Notes: generated from the sequence alone by a model not told the origin. DNA of 63,997 nucleotides, filler included, from Stramenopiles sp. TOSAG23-6 (GCA_900128565.1; 7 parts of 7 records of this genome joined end to end with filler, not necessarily neighbours in it); one strand, 5' to 3'. Counted from the whole stretch's first letter, positions 35,861 to 50,100 are shown. Numbers and translations are program-made.

Positions 35861-36631
35861 TCATCTGGAGGAGATATCATGAAGCGTACCCACTTTACCT
35901 CTGCCTATCCAACCACCCACACTCTCATCTGAATCTGAAATATTACTGACACCACTACCACTACTTATACCAGGCGCTTTTTTTGGTGGTTTATAATCGT
36001 CAGAAAAGATACCATTACTTTCTGTACCTTCTTGGTTACCTGCATTGCCTTCGCTTTTATCGTTACTATTAGTACTATTACTATTTTTATTTGACGCTGG
36101 TTTTGAATCGTTCTTTCTTTTTTGACAGCCAGTTAAAGTGAACGCTTTTATACCTCTACTATTAACGTCTGTAGTCGCCTTTGCATTCTTACTAATCGAG
36201 CAGACAATCTGCGCTTTCCCAGTCCAACCTTTAGAACAAGCTACACCAGCATCACCACATGTATTACTCCACATACAGAAAGGGTCTTTAAATACATACC
36301 CCTCAAAAACTTGACTAAAGTCACGTGGGGCAATACACGTATTTCCTACGGAGAGCTTTTCTACAAGCGCAGATATCACAAAAGCTATTAAAATCATTGC
36401 ACAACAACCCATAAAGATACATTTGAATATATGATACTTAGAAGATACACTTTGTATACGATGTTTACTGCGGGTCGATACAGAAGCATAATCTCCGTTG
36501 TTGTGTCTATTTCGACTGGGTGCCATATCAAATCCTACACCGTCTTCGTCACTTTCTATAGAATATATTTGACCAACTTCGCTATTCTTGGGATTATTAG
36601 CCATTGTTCGATTGACAGGGAAAACCTGCAT
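35861..36631 (-). CDS. Single-pass membrane protein with Cys-rich ectodomain
   Basis: Transmembrane CIFMGCCAMILIAFVISAL, followed by six Cys. Confidence 0.6.
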   Translation of the reverse strand: MQVFPVNRTMANNPKNSEVGQIYSIESDEDGVGFDMAPSRNRHNNGDYASVSTRSKHRIQSVSSKYHIFKCIFMGCCAMILIAFVISALVEKLSVGNTCIAPRDFSQVFEGYVFKDPFCMWSNTCGDAGVACSKGWTGKAQIVCSISKNAKATTDVNSRGIKAFTLTGCQKRKNDSKPASNKNSNSTNSNDKSEGNAGNQEGTESNGIFSDDYKPPKKAPGISSGSGVSNISDSDESVGGWIGRGKVGTLHDISSR

Positions 36632-36929
36632 TCTCTAATCAGCAAATGAACCACTGAATCCTATTACATTCAATGACAAACAAATAACTACAAGTAAGCA
36701 AGCGCAAGCACAAACGGGTTTTCGTTCGAAAACAGTTACAAAATGTGTGGGAACCCGAAGGAAGGACAGCACACGAAATATCGTGGCGTGCGCACGTGGC
36801 ACCCACGATATAATATCATACCCGGTCGATCGAGTCAGTTTTTTTTATTTTTTTTTAATTAAGTAAACTGAGTAAACTTCACGGTGATAGAAACTTCAAA
36901 GAAAAGGACTCCGAAAGATTTCAAGAATA

Positions 36930-37583
36930 ATGAAGTGGTTAACACTATTAAGCTTGATTGCATTACATAAATCAGTCGCTGCAATGCACAGCCTCCGTAG
37001 CAACATGCCGGAACCAGAGCCCCTGGAACCAGAGCCCGAGGGACTTGGTCGGGTGGAACAACAGGTTAAATCAAGATGGGACAGCCTTGCGCAACAATTT
37101 AAGGACGAGAACTGGGATGTCCTTGTTTTAAGGGCACGTAAGCGCTTGGCATTTTTACGCGGCTTATTGGGAGATTCCAAAAATTCCGATGAACTTAAGA
37201 TTGATCATTCAATGGTAACAGACATTGCTTCTAAAAGCCTTGAGTCATGGAAATTTCCTTGGACAAAGCTAGCTCTGGACAACATTTTTAGAAAAGCTTC
37301 AGGTGTGAACCTTTCAAAACCCTGGCTACATGTCTTGAAATTTCTCCCAAACCAGGAAGAAACGTCCAAACTGTCGCTGTCAGCTTTCAGAAGAATGATA
37401 AATGCTCGTGATGTACCTCTTGACGTACCTGGTGATGAAGCACTTGCTGCTGGATTTGAAAGATACTTGAACAAGAAAAAAAGAGCTGAGAAATGGGAAA
37501 AAATGTCAGTGGAGGATAAGAAAAAACTCTTTACTGATCATGTCGAAACAGAANANTTNAAACTAGAGCACCCATTTGAAGAG
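36930..37583 (+). CDS. Signal-peptide hypothetical protein, truncated by gap
   Basis: MKWLTLLSLIALHKSVAA; open to the contig end. Confidence 0.55.
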
Positions 37584-37683
37584 NNNNNNNNNNNNNNNNN
37601 NNNNNNNNNNNNNNNNNNNNNNNNNNNTTAATTAATTAANNNNNNNNNNNNNNNNNNNNNNNNNNNNNNNNNNNNNNNNNNNN
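37584..37683. other. Artificial contig linker
   Basis: N44-TTAATTAATTAA-N44. Confidence 0.98.
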
Positions 37684-40600
37684 CTGAACGATGGGCCAAA
37701 GAAGACCCGAACTGGGCGATTCAATCTCTTTTAGAAGAAATCCAGTCTTCTCGTTATAAATATGCAATGATTATTCAACGCCGATCAAGAAAAATACTTG
37801 CACATCGTATTGCTGTTGACCTCCGCGAGAACTATTTGAAGTCGGTAATTGAATCTGTTACAAATCAGAATCGATTGGAAATTTACAAAAAATCATGTAA
37901 AACCGTTGAGGCGGAAATACCCATCGTGCAGAAAGCCCGGCGTGTAAAAATGAATCGAAAGTTGAAAAAATGGATGAAGCAAAATAAAGGTAGAATAACT
38001 GAAGCAAGGCACAGAGAATTTGTGCGTTTATTAGAATTTACAGAAAATGCCTTCTTTAGTATTCAGTCTGGTGCGACAATTAAGAAAAACATTCCAAAGC
38101 GACTATGTTGGCTACGAGTGGGCCAACGATATATATATAATAAAATGCTTCAGTATAATGCTGTGCCTTATAAGACGATGCGTCATCGATGCGACGTGGA
38201 TGATTCCAAGTTACATCCCTTAATTATGGCATGGCGCAAATTACGCGACAAAGAAGAACTTTTATGTGGTCTAAAAGTACATTCCTTGATATCAGGTGCC
38301 GCATGTAGAAATAAATACTTACGCCAGAAACAAGCTGCTTTAGCAATTCAGACAGGACACCGTGGCTATATTGCAAGAATCAACTTGCATGACAAACTAA
38401 TACACAATAAACAGACTAAATTAGATAAAGAAGAAAAAGCAGCGACTACAATTCAAAATGCTCAGCGATCTCGAGTTGCCAAGAAGGAATTGAATTTGCG
38501 CTTAGAATCAAAACGCATTTTAGAAGAAAACAAAATAAAGAATGCCGCAGTCTGTATTCAGAGTAGATTCCGATTGTATAGTGCCCAAAAATACACTAAA
38601 TTACTTCGACAAGAAACGAAATTACAAACCAATGCTGCTGTAAAGATACAAACACAATACCGAGGATACTATTCTCGCCAAACTTTTCAAGACATGAAGG
38701 AAGATAACTTTTGTGCGTGTACTATTCAGCGAGTATACCGCGGATATGTTGACCGTGAAAATGCATCTTATTTAAAAGAATGCCTAAAAGCGAGTCTGTT
38801 AGTCCAGCGTACCTTCCGGGGATTTCTCGGGCGTGAAAGAGCGCGTGAAATACGTGACAAAACATGGGCTGCAATTTCAATACAAGCCGTGGCACGAGGT
38901 GGAATATCTAGAGAGAGATATTATAATTTACTACACCGGCACGATTCAGCAACATCAATACAAGCAATTGTCCGTGGTGTAATTACCCGTCAATTGTATG
39001 GGAACATGGTAGATAGACATCGTGCAGCTATTTGTATCCAAACAGGCGCTCGTCATAGATCAGCTATTAAACGAGTCGCAGCTATACGAGAAGCTCACGA
39101 ATTAATAATGAAAGAAAAAATTGAAATGGAAGAGCAATTTGAAAAGGAAGAAAATGATCGTATTGCTAAAAATGAAAGAGCAGCAATTATTGTCCAGCGT
39201 GGATTTAGATCTTTTCAAAAGGCGAATAAAATTTACTGTGCCTTTGTGAAGTCTTGGGCAATCCACAGTGTTAGAAAGCACGCAGTAATGTTACGGGAAG
39301 ATATCCCTATCGGAAAAGTTGTAGAAACTGCAAGTTTAGATGCATTTGCATCACTGGGTTCAATTCGATGGAAACATTTATTTGGAAATGATGCAACTAT
39401 AACACAAACAGCATACCGCCAGCGTGCCGGTGCTACGTGTGTCATAGGAAGCGTCGTTGACGAAGAAGATTATTCAGTTGTTCTCAAACAATTTAATGAA
39501 TACAATAAGGAAATTGACATTAGTTCGAAGGGGGAATGGTGGCCACTGGAGTTAATACGACCAACTGGAACACTTTACACAGAGGAAAAGAAAAAGCGTA
39601 AAGAAGATTTCGACAAAAAAATGAACGATTTAATGTCTTTAGGGCGTATTACAAAAGGAATGACTGTACGCACAAAGTCCGAGGAGTACATCAAAAATAT
39701 ACCTCTATCCAGATGGATCCATTTATTTGATGAACATGCATCCGTACACAGAGGATGTTATCCACTTTGGTGTGATTCTTTAGCTATAGTGGAGGATATC
39801 GATGATTCTGATCACTCAGTGAAGCTCAAAAATTTTCTTCATTTCAATCCAAACTTACCAAAAATAGAAGGCGGAGCATGGTGGCCTGTTGAATCTTTGG
39901 ATCGAGCAGCAGAAGAGCATCAAATATATGAAGAGGATGAACACGTTGGTGGGGATACAAAGGAGGTGGAAGAAACGAAAAACTCTACTCAAGTCACGAA
40001 CGAAAGTATACAAACAATCCAAACAAATGCATTTACAATGCAATCGATAAAAAAAGAGGAAGCAGANGTAAAAATTGACACAAATAACTTAAATGATGCA
40101 AAGAATGTTCCAGATGATACGTGTTTGGAGAAAGTTATAACATTTGTAGCAGAATGTAATTCGATATCAGGAAAAATTGCACTTCTTGAAAAGAATGAGT
40201 TTTGTAGCAATGTAATAGGAGCGCTTAGTATTACACTCGGTGCTTTGTCTGCGCAGGTTGACATTATAAGCGGTGGAGATGATCCCGCAGCATTTAGAGC
40301 AACGCTTTTATTTGGACCCGATGAAAGTGGCACAGATCATGAAACTGCTAATGCTGCATTGCAGTTACTCAAAAGTTCAAATATCAATGAAACCATTTTC
40401 AATTCAAATTTTGGGTTCAATTCAAAACGATACGGAATAGTTACCCTTTTAAGTGCTGAAATGGATGAAAGTAATTCTCATGGAATGTTGTGGAAATCTG
40501 TCAACAAAACAATATCGCAAGTTGCGATAAAGAATGAAGAAGAAGAAGCCAATCGAATGCACCGAATAGCTTTACAGATGATGCACGTGGCACTTCAACC

Positions 40601-41687
40601 TGGTGATATTGTGAAAACAGCAAGTCATGATGAAATCGCACGGTTACCAGTATCTCGGTGGCGTGAGCTTTTCGATGAACATTGGAACTCCCATAGGACT
40701 GATTATCAAACGTGGAGCAATGTGTATGCTCGTGTTGAATCAGTTGATAATTCGGATCATTCGATACAGTTGAAGAATTTTACACTTTATAATAAAGACT
40801 TGCCCACTATTGAGGGAGGAGGGTGGTGGCCTTTAGAACTTCTTCACAAAATATCTTTTGAAGAGGAGCAAAAACTTGAACATAAAATTCGTACAAAGAG
40901 AATAACAAAATTACATCAAAAGGAATCTGGATTTTCAGGTTTTGATTCTCAAGATCATTCTGGTAAAGATATACCTTTAATTGATAAAAAAATTACCCGA
41001 GAAATTCATTCAATAATTAATAAAAATAAGAAACTTCTTAAGAAACGAATGACGGTTCGTACTGCAAAGAGAGCATTTATCACACGAATTCCTATGCAAC
41101 GATGGGTGGATCTATTTGCTGATGATGCAAAAAAGACAAGACGAAATTATGTTCTTTGGGCAGACTCAAAAGCCCAAATAGATGAGGAGATAGATTTCTC
41201 TGATAACTCTGTTTGTCTCAAAAATTTCAGGAAGTTTGATCCAAATTTACCAATAATTGATGGTGGTGCGTGGTGGCCTCTTGAATTAATTCAAATTGAA
41301 AAGAATACAAGCAATGATACACATACTAGCAATAACATACAAATGAATAGTACTAAACCAGAAACAAAAAAAATGAATAAATTTGATGGCAAAAGGAGCA
41401 TGCAAGATACATCATGGATCACCCCAGGTGTTACAGTAAGAACGGTCAATGCTGCTGCTATACACAATTTAGACATTGATCGATGGGAGCACTTATTTGA
41501 TAATGAAGCAGAAAAAATGCGCCATGGTTATGCTTTATGGTCAAAATCTCTAGCTGTAGTTGAAAGTATTGATCGGAGTGATAATTCTGTGCAATTGAAA
41601 CGATTCCGAAGTTACAATCCTGATTTACCTGAAATTACTGGAGGCGCATGGTGGCCAATTGAGTTAGTAGAAAAAACTCATCAATAG
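37684..41687 (+). CDS. Multi-IQ-motif protein with five C-terminal ~85-aa repeats (5' end probably truncated)
   Basis: More than 10 IQxxxRGxxxR motifs; five repeats ending in GxWWPxEL/S. Confidence 0.85.
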
Positions 41688-41809
41688 AAACAAGTAAATG
41701 ATTTGATGAAAAACAATAACAATTTATTGTTTGATAAATAAATAAATAAAATAATTTCGCATGAGTTTTTACACTCAACTTTGTATTACTTTTTTAAAAT
41801 CAGGACATA

Positions 41810-42298
41810 TTATGGAAGAAGAGCAGTTTTGTCAGGTCTACATTCACTAGCGACAAACACCCCGGTCAAAATCACAGCATAAACCTGAAGTATTCCGGCT
41901 ATTGCAAGAATGGTAAAGAAGGCCCAAAATTCGGTTCGCAATTCTTTAGAATAGATTCCGATGTCATGTTTTCCCAAGAAAGCGAAAAGAATAATAAAGA
42001 CATAGCCAATTATCCCCGTAGATACCACATATGAAAGGAACGATAAAATAATTGCTACATATCGACAAGCGACATTTAAAGAAATAAGAGAAAGTATACA
42101 TCCTAAAATCAAAGTTATCTCGTATGTGCCAAGGACGAATAAACCTTTATCATCCATAATTGCAGCAAGATCTTTAGAGCGGGTTTTCGTATGAAATAAA
42201 TCAAGTGCTATGACAAGGAATATTGAACTCATTATTCCCCATGCCAATAGTACTAGTGAAACACGCACAAGAGCATTGGTTTTAGCATTGGTAGACAT
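41810..42298 (-). CDS. Four-transmembrane hypothetical protein
   Basis: Four hydrophobic segments in 162 aa. Confidence 0.6.
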   Translation of the reverse strand: MSTNAKTNALVRVSLVLLAWGIMSSIFLVIALDLFHTKTRSKDLAAIMDDKGLFVLGTYEITLILGCILSLISLNVACRYVAIILSFLSYVVSTGIIGYVFIILFAFLGKHDIGIYSKELRTEFWAFFTILAIAGILQVYAVILTGVFVASECRPDKTALLP

Positions 42299-42680
42299 TT
42301 TGAAAATATTTAGTTTTTACTTTGGATTATTGCTAAGCTTTGTTTATGAACACTGCGTAATTCCCTTGGTAATACGTATGCCGACTGGATTGGTAGCAAA
42401 TAATTGTGTCGCAAAAGCCCATATAAGGTTCTCCGCGATTGGATCAGCTGCGCTAGATTATTTTAAAACCATTCCGATTTATTTCGTGTTATAATTCAAT
42501 AAGCTAAGTCAATACTAAGTTTCACTTCTGGAAAAAAAGAAAAAAAGTCAAAATTCTCGAACAATTTCTTTTTATTTCTTCTACTTATTAGAATAAACAG
42601 AATAAGCAAAAAAGTTGATTCAAAGTACATTGGGCTAAAATAAGTATTCAGCTAAATCTTTTTGCATTTGATTGCATTTG

Positions 42681-43251
42681 ATGTGTACAAAAAAACAGGC
42701 ATATCTCATTATACTAATATTTATAGGATACTCCAACGCGGTAGATTCGGAGTGTGAATCTTTAACCGAAGGTGGTTGTACACCAAATCCAATAATGGCG
42801 TCAGCTGATAAAAAAACAACAGTGTCGCATGCTAATACGTTGGGCTATAATTTTGAAGTCTGGGGAAAAGTTCAAGGTGTTTGGATGCGAAAACATTCCA
42901 AGATGAAGGCGGATGAGCTCAATATTACAGGTTGGATTCAAAATACGTCAGACAAAACTGTAAAGGGCCAAATGTTTGGCACAAGAGACAACATTAAAAA
43001 ATTCCAGAATTGGTTGGAAAAGGAAGGTGCTCCAAAGGCAAAACCAAGCAGAGCAAAATTCTCTGTCGTAGAAAATGTTCAAAATAAGGTTCTTTTCCAT
43101 GTATGTTTTCATCATTTTTTTCAAATTTATTTTTTTATACGAAACTTTGTACCTAACAATTAAAAAAAAAAAAAAAAAAAGTATTTTCACAATACATGAT
43201 TTCACAATTAAAAAAGTGAAACTTGCAAATGGTACAGAATGGGCAGTTTGA
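42681..43251 (+). CDS. Acylphosphatase with N-terminal signal peptide (exons 42681-43100, 43198-43251)
   Basis: FEVWGKVQGVWMR and GWIQNT..TVKG motifs; C-terminal DFTIKK is recovered by splicing. Confidence 0.9.
43101..43197 (+). mobile_element. Introner-family intron, GT-AT
   Basis: cat|GTATGT...CACAATACAT|gat ttc aca att restores the last acylphosphatase strand. Confidence 0.88.
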
Positions 43252-43413
43252 ATGAAGTAAGTATTGAAAATTACATAAACAACTTTTATTTTTANAACAT
43301 GTTTCATATAATGGGTACCAACATGTAGAGTGTACACCACCACACAAAATTTGAAAAGTTACAGTTTTGTTCCTAATTTTTTTTTCCTTTTTTGAAAAGT
43401 TACAGTTTTGTTC

Positions 43414-46400
43414 CTAATTTTTTTTTCCTTTTGTATGAGTTTCTCTAATAAGTTGAGCAAGACTTCGATTACGCTTACCCCAACCTCCACTAGTAGAACG
43501 ATCGCAGTTATTATCCTTCCATGCACTTTTAGGGTGTTTGGAGGTTTTAGGGCTAGGGTTAGTAGTATTTATTTTATGACTAGTCTCCTGAGTTGGAATT
43601 ACCCAGGATTTTTTCGTATAATTAGGGTTAGGGTTAGTTATACTCGATTTTCTACTGACCAAGTTTGGCGTGCTATTATTTGTTCTTCGTTTCACAATTT
43701 TTTTTGATTGTCTTTTATTTTTAGAATTTTTAGAATTATTTACTGACGCATTTTTTGGCGTGTTTGTAGCAGCACTGGCATAGGATTTTTTGATTGGAAT
43801 ATATCGAGTAGAAGAACTTTTTGAATCTTTACCAAATCCTATAGATCCTATACGGTTTTTCGTACCTAATGAATTTCGAATTTGTTGAGAATGTTTCGTA
43901 TTTAATTTATTGTTATTGCTCTTGGACAATTTCACGTTTTCCTGAATATTTGAGTTATTTGAGTTATTTGAGTGATTTAAGCTATCGCGAGTAGAAAGAC
44001 AAGCATAAGGTACAATAGGTACAGGATATTCCCGCACACTTAATTCATTGATGGCTTGTATTACAATATTTGTATTTCCATGTTTATAATTCTTTTTATC
44101 ATCTGATATTGGTGACATTTCAATATTATTAGGATTATTAGGATTATTAGGATTCGGACAAAGATACAATAAACGCTGAAAAAGTTCACCAAAAGCAACT
44201 TGAACGCGAAACATCATAAAAGATCCGGCTGCTGCATTAATACCAGGGTTTAGCGGATCTTCTATAAATATAGGAGATAAATGACGATGTTGGACTAGTT
44301 CCGAACCATTCCGAGAGAAAGACATTATGACGTCATTACCAATACAAATAGACTGTGAATCAAACGTGTGTAAAAAACCAAGTAACATTTGCCCTATATC
44401 ACTATAGTACCCATTTGAAACGTTCATCTGAAAAAAGAAAATCATTAATAACGACAACGCATAACTTCCCAACCCTCCGCGGTACACATTACTAAGACCT
44501 TTCGATACTAAATATCTTTTAATAACCATAACAAGAATCCGAAGCTCCGGCTTATTCTTTAATTGTTGTTTGATAAATTCACATGCAGCAATTCCATGAT
44601 GACCCCCAATCGCTTTATGTCCAATTGTGACATCAATAGGGACTCCAGATTTCAATTTTGCCTTCAAAACAGGCACTTCCGTTGTGCCAATTGTTTTTGC
44701 TGATATAACCCAAGGCTGTTCTTTCAATTCTTGTTCAAGAGAACGCAACAATCCTAGGGTACGAAACGCATCGATTGCGCCAGAGTGCTGCACACCAAAA
44801 TCAATATCAGAGTGACCGGGTAACCATAGACCAGTCGCAAAAGATCCAAAAGCAGCACATTTTGAGGATGGCCATAATCTTTTTATTAATTTTTGAATGC
44901 CATCGACTGCAACATTTGCATCTTTTCTAGAATAATGTTTATAATTTTTCCGGTGACTAAAATTTTCTATATTATTTTCTATACTAGTAATCATTGCATG
45001 TAAATCATGCGAAAGTTTCAATTCAGGTAAGGGTCGACTAGAGCATCCATTTTCATTTACATGTTTTACATTTTTTACATTTGAAGGTTTATGCGAGGGT
45101 GACGTTGAAGGAATATTCAATTTAGCACGAACAATGTTTGATGTCCACACAGATTTTCTATTATTTTGGGGTTTCGTGTGATTCAACTCGATTGTATTTG
45201 ATGGTTGTACCGTTTGTTTTTCAGAGTCACAAATAGATTGTTTTACTACTTTGTTGGGCATCTCACTCTTATGTTCACTGGCTGGCATCCCAAATCCAAT
45301 AATAACACGCACAGTCTCTGGTGGCATTGATGAAAAATTTGGTAAATTTATTTTCACCCACCTCATTTCTTCTAAAGTTACTTTTAATATCTGATGATCA
45401 GCACATAAAAGTGAAAAAATACTTTCATCACTTTCTTGTGCTAGTCTATGAAATTGATAATCTTTTCTTACCCAATAAAAATTGCCTAAATTACATTGCT
45501 GGATTTCTTGAGGATTAGGCATTCGAATATTTGGCATACTTGGCATATTTGGCGATATATTTCCAGTCTCTAGAGTAGATTTATTATACACTGTGAAAAA
45601 TATTTTTTGTTTGTTGGAAAAATTGTTAGGTACAAAATTTCGTACGAAAAAAAAATCGATTTTCAAAAAATTAAAACGTACATTGTGACTCACTGTCGTG
45701 ACAGACTTGCCATAAGCAATCTCAGGTGAGCATGATGATTCTGTACTTAATTTTGTACTTGATGGCGTGTACACTCGAGGAGTTTGAGGAGGTTTTGAAC
45801 AGGGGCAATCATGCATTATGAAAAAATATTATTGTAGTTAAAAAAAATGTTAGGTACGGAATTTCATCCGAAAATGTTTTTTAGTAAAAAAAAGAAAAAA
45901 ATTCGAAACGGGAGAAACATTCAATTTTGAAAACGTACATCGTTCATTGAATTGGCTAAGGCATTTTTTCTAGAATTCTTTTTATCAATATTTCGTTTTT
46001 CAATATTGGCATTGACTATACCTTGAGAAGATACACAAGAAATAGTTGCATTTCGTTCACAATCCTCCGCAGATTTACCATTTATTGAATCTGTACCAAA
46101 TTTCGTACTTGAAGAATTTCGGATCTCTTTATAATCATTATCAATATTATCCTTATTTTCATTCGGGTGATAATCTGTACCAAATTTCGTACTTGAAGAA
46201 TTTCGGATCTCTTTATAATCATTTTCATTCGGATGATATTCACTTGGTACATTTGAATTTGCATCCGTCGTATATTTTGAGCCCGACGAATTTCGAATTT
46301 GTTGAGTACGTGATATTTTTCCACTGTTAAGTTTTATTTGTATATTATTTTCTTCACAATCATTTTTATCAGTATCTTTTGTCCCAATATTTGTCCCTGT

Positions 46401-46928
46401 TTTACGTTTTTCTACATTACAATCGGATATTTTTTCAGATTTCGTTTTATTTTTCTCCTTTGATTTCAAAATTTTCGATTGCTTTTCATCATTTTCACAT
46501 TTCGTTTTATTTTTCTCCTTTGATGATTTGCTATTTTTGACCTTTGATACAACATTTCGTACGGATTTGTGTGTTTTTACTTCCATTGACGACTGATGTT
46601 TCTGTGCCAAATCATATTTTAATTTAGTTTCTAGTCTATGAATTAATTGCTTAATAGTTGAGTATAACTTCGCATTTATACCAACCAAACAAGATATTTG
46701 TATTGTTTTGTCACTTTGAGCTGCTATATCATTATTATCATTTGTAATATCAGTAGTATCATTATTATCATTTTTACAAGCATTTTGTACTGAAGCATCA
46801 ACAATTGTACCTAAATCATGACCCAACCAACCCAAATGATACAATAAAGTTTTTTCTTCAGCTTGAAGACTTTTAAGAGTGTTCATTATAGATTTGGGTT
46901 TAGACACTTTTACATCACTACCATTTGA
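43414..46928 (-). CDS. TRF4/PAPD5-like non-canonical poly(A) polymerase (exons 46928-45939, 45810-45682, 45585-43414; 5' end lost)
   Basis: AFGSFATGLWLPGHSDIDF, VPVLK, IDVT, VYRGGLGSYAL and IEDPLNP motifs. Confidence 0.88.
45586..45681 (-). mobile_element. Introner-family intron, GT-AT (96 nt, stop-free in frame)
   Basis: aat|GTACGT...CACAGTGTAT|aat; using the nearby CAG gives a stop. Confidence 0.75.
45811..45938 (-). mobile_element. Introner-family intron, GT-AT
   Basis: gat|GTACGT...CATAATGCAT|gat. Confidence 0.8.
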
Positions 46929-46988
46929 ATGAGTTTTGGAAAAATATTTCAAAAAAAAAAACTAAAATTTGTTAGGTACAAAATTTCG
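46929..46988 (-). mobile_element. 3' half of a family intron at the contig end
   Basis: CGAAATTTTGTACCTAAC...CCAAAACTCAT|tca. Confidence 0.75.
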
Positions 46989-47088
46989 NNNNNNNNNNNN
47001 NNNNNNNNNNNNNNNNNNNNNNNNNNNNNNNNTTAATTAATTAANNNNNNNNNNNNNNNNNNNNNNNNNNNNNNNNNNNNNNNNNNNN
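46989..47088. other. Artificial contig linker
   Basis: N44-TTAATTAATTAA-N44. Confidence 0.98.
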
Positions 47089-47139
47089 ACAAAATTTCGT
47101 ACGAAAATAAATTCGAAATTGAAAAAAAATAAAACATAC
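47089..47139 (-). mobile_element. 5' half of a family intron at the contig end
   Basis: at|GTATGTTTT...TTCGTACGAAATTTTGT. Confidence 0.78.
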
Positions 47140-50100
47140 ATTAACTCAATATCATGAGCAGCCTTCAATTGTAAAACATTTTGAATTTGACCTTGCAACA
47201 ACATCAATTTCTTTATTAGTTTGTCCACAAATTGAGAATCTCTTGCCCGTTGATTATCGATGGATGCAGTTAATTTCTGAATTTCGTCAGTATTATCTGT
47301 AATGATGATTGATTTTTTTTCTATTTCTAGTCGATGCATTTTGTCTTCTATTGTAATTTTTGCACCCTTTTCATAAAGTTCTATTTGTGTTTCGAGGCAT
47401 CGAATACAAATACGGATAGCATTTTCTTGGGTTATCATTTTCTTCTGCAGAGAGAGAGATTTTTCATGCTCCATGGCGAGCTGAGAGACTAAGGCATCCT
47501 TTTCTTTTTCAAAGAGCAATTCATTGACATATGTGTTTTCCTTGAATGTTTCAGAGCTATGTTTGTGTAATCTTAATAATCTTGCTTCCCAATCTTTGTA
47601 TTTGTGCTCATATACAGCGTCCGGGTGAGCGATATTAATAGATCCATGCTTCTGTTGCTTATCATGAAGGGAATAGTACATTGTCTTATTAATCGATTGT
47701 TGCTTTTGTTGCTTTTCAAGTGGGGAATAATACATTGTCTTCAAATATATTTGCATACGATTTAGGTTAGTATTGACCTCATCAATGTGTTCCCGTCTTA
47801 TGTCCGTTACGCGTTCTGACAAATAATCCTGCCATGATTGCTTTATCTGAACTTTATCTTCTTCATTTTCTAAAAATTGAATTTGCATTTCTTTCAGAAA
47901 ACATTCATGTAATGCAAAAAAAATATGTTAAATTCAAAATTTTTGTTAGATACAAATATTGGTACAAAAACAAATTTTGAATTCAATTTGAAAACGTACA
48001 TATTTATGGCATATTTCAATGTACAAAAGAGACAATTCAGTTTCTTGTGAATTGATTCTATGCATATTAATTTGCATCTGCTTTATAAAAGCAGATTGCT
48101 TTACCCTAAGACTGTGTAATTTCAATGGACAATCTTTGAGTTGATCGGAAATTTTGGTGAATTCAATCATACGGTTCTTTGAATAACTTTGATCATTTAT
48201 CAGTTGGACTTCCAAGTCTTCTATTTGTTTTTGTACCTCATATATATCCCTCTTAAATTGTACTTCTGATTTTAACACAGCATCTCTGTTGGAATTTTCA
48301 CGTTCTGTGCAATCATCTTCACGTTGTCGCTTGCGTTCTTTTTCCGTGGCAATCTGTTTTTCATAGAAATGTCTCTGTTCTCCATGTATCTGTTGCAGCA
48401 GTTCTGTCCATTCGGCCTGAAGTCTTTTAGTTACGCTTTCAATAGATTCTTTGCGCTTCCTCGCTTCTTCGATATACACTGATGTTATCATTTTCTCCAT
48501 ATGACGTTCTTCTTTTATTGATAAAAGTTCGTTGCATTGGGCATTCTTTTGTTCATATTTAGAAATCTTTTTATCAAATAAATCCCTTTCCATTTTGGCA
48601 GCGAGTTCCTCCACTTGGAGGAGCTCGCATTTACTGGAGAGAACAGATATTGACCCCCCAGTGGCCAAGGTTTTCTCCAAATCATCTTCAACTGTAGCAA
48701 GACGTTTATTCACATCATCATGGGCATTTTTGAGCCTTAATAAATCTATTTCATTGGCACTCGTAAGCTGTGCTTCCTTTTTACTGAGTTCCTCTTCACT
48801 TTGTTGTAAATCATGCTCACAAACCGCCTGTTTCGTTTTGAATTCTTCACCCAATTTGGCACTAAAGTTGAACATACAAGTCTTACATGCTGCAATCAGT
48901 TTCATATTTAATATTTTTTTATTTGCTCGCCGAAATTCATTCTCTGTTTTCTTATACTTTGCTTCCAGCCAAGTGAAATTATACTGTCGTAAAGTCTCAA
49001 TAATTTTCTTATCATGGTGTAGTTTTTGAGCAGCTGTAAGCATTTGCTGCTCATGTCGATCCAGTCGACACTGTGAATCAATCAACACTTGCTCAGATTG
49101 TGCTTGTGTTAGCTGCAGTTTTCTCAATTCTTGAATGCGTTGTTGTTTTTGTAAGTGTGCTGTCTCCAGCTCCTGATCATTCAAATGCGCACAACTTAAA
49201 AATTTATCCCGAAGATCATTGTTTTCAATATGCATAGACTGTATTAATTTTGCTTGTTTTGTGATGCAAACATCTAAAGCCGACTGTGCAGTATACTCAT
49301 CATGCTTTAATTCTTTGGCCTTTTCTTCATATTCGTATTTTGCATTCATCGCATTCTTCACTAGACTGAGTTCTCTCGTAAGGGTTATCTGCCTTTTCTC
49401 TTCCATCATCTTTTTTAAGTCGTCATCCTTTTTAGGATTTCGACTCACAAGTCTTTCGGATAATTTCATCGCTTTTTCTTGCTCAAGTTTACGGATAGCC
49501 TTTGAATTAGTATCTTGCTCGGCAGAACGTAATTCAATTTCCATTAATTGTAATGTCCTCCGCCATGCTGAATCAAGCAGTTTGCTTTCTTTGCTCAAGA
49601 CTGGCTCTGAAGAAGACATTATTAGCTTTTCAACATCATCAGTTTTCTCGTAAATGTGATTTTGTCCAGTGATATCATTGGTAAAGTCTTCGCTTGTTTT
49701 CTTTGATTGCTTTTCTGATAACTTGATTTGAGTAATTTCAGATGTTGTATCTTTTTCATACTGGCAAAGTTCAAAACAAATTTTCTCCTTCTGAGAGTCA
49801 ATCTTCCATTTGCGTTCGTTCAATACATTCCTGCGATGCATCGCATCCCTTTCGGCAGCAGCAAGATTTGCAAGAAACTCCTTTTGTTTCTGAATCCCAA
49901 TTCTTCCTAATCTAATTTTCCATAAGGCTTTTATTTCTTTGTAAGCTTCGGATTTTGGTTCACAGCATTCTTTATCACTTTCTAATTTACAAATTATCCC
50001 AATTTCATTTTGACTCCCCGCTTTTTGTATACAATCTTGGAGCTTAATGCGTTCGATACATTGACGTAATTTAGCATTGAAGCCTTCCCACAAAATCAGA

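Noticed and set aside
43349-43433. Short direct duplications at gene 3' ends (also 10879-10961 and 46090-46230)
   Set aside because: Simple local slippage with no element structure
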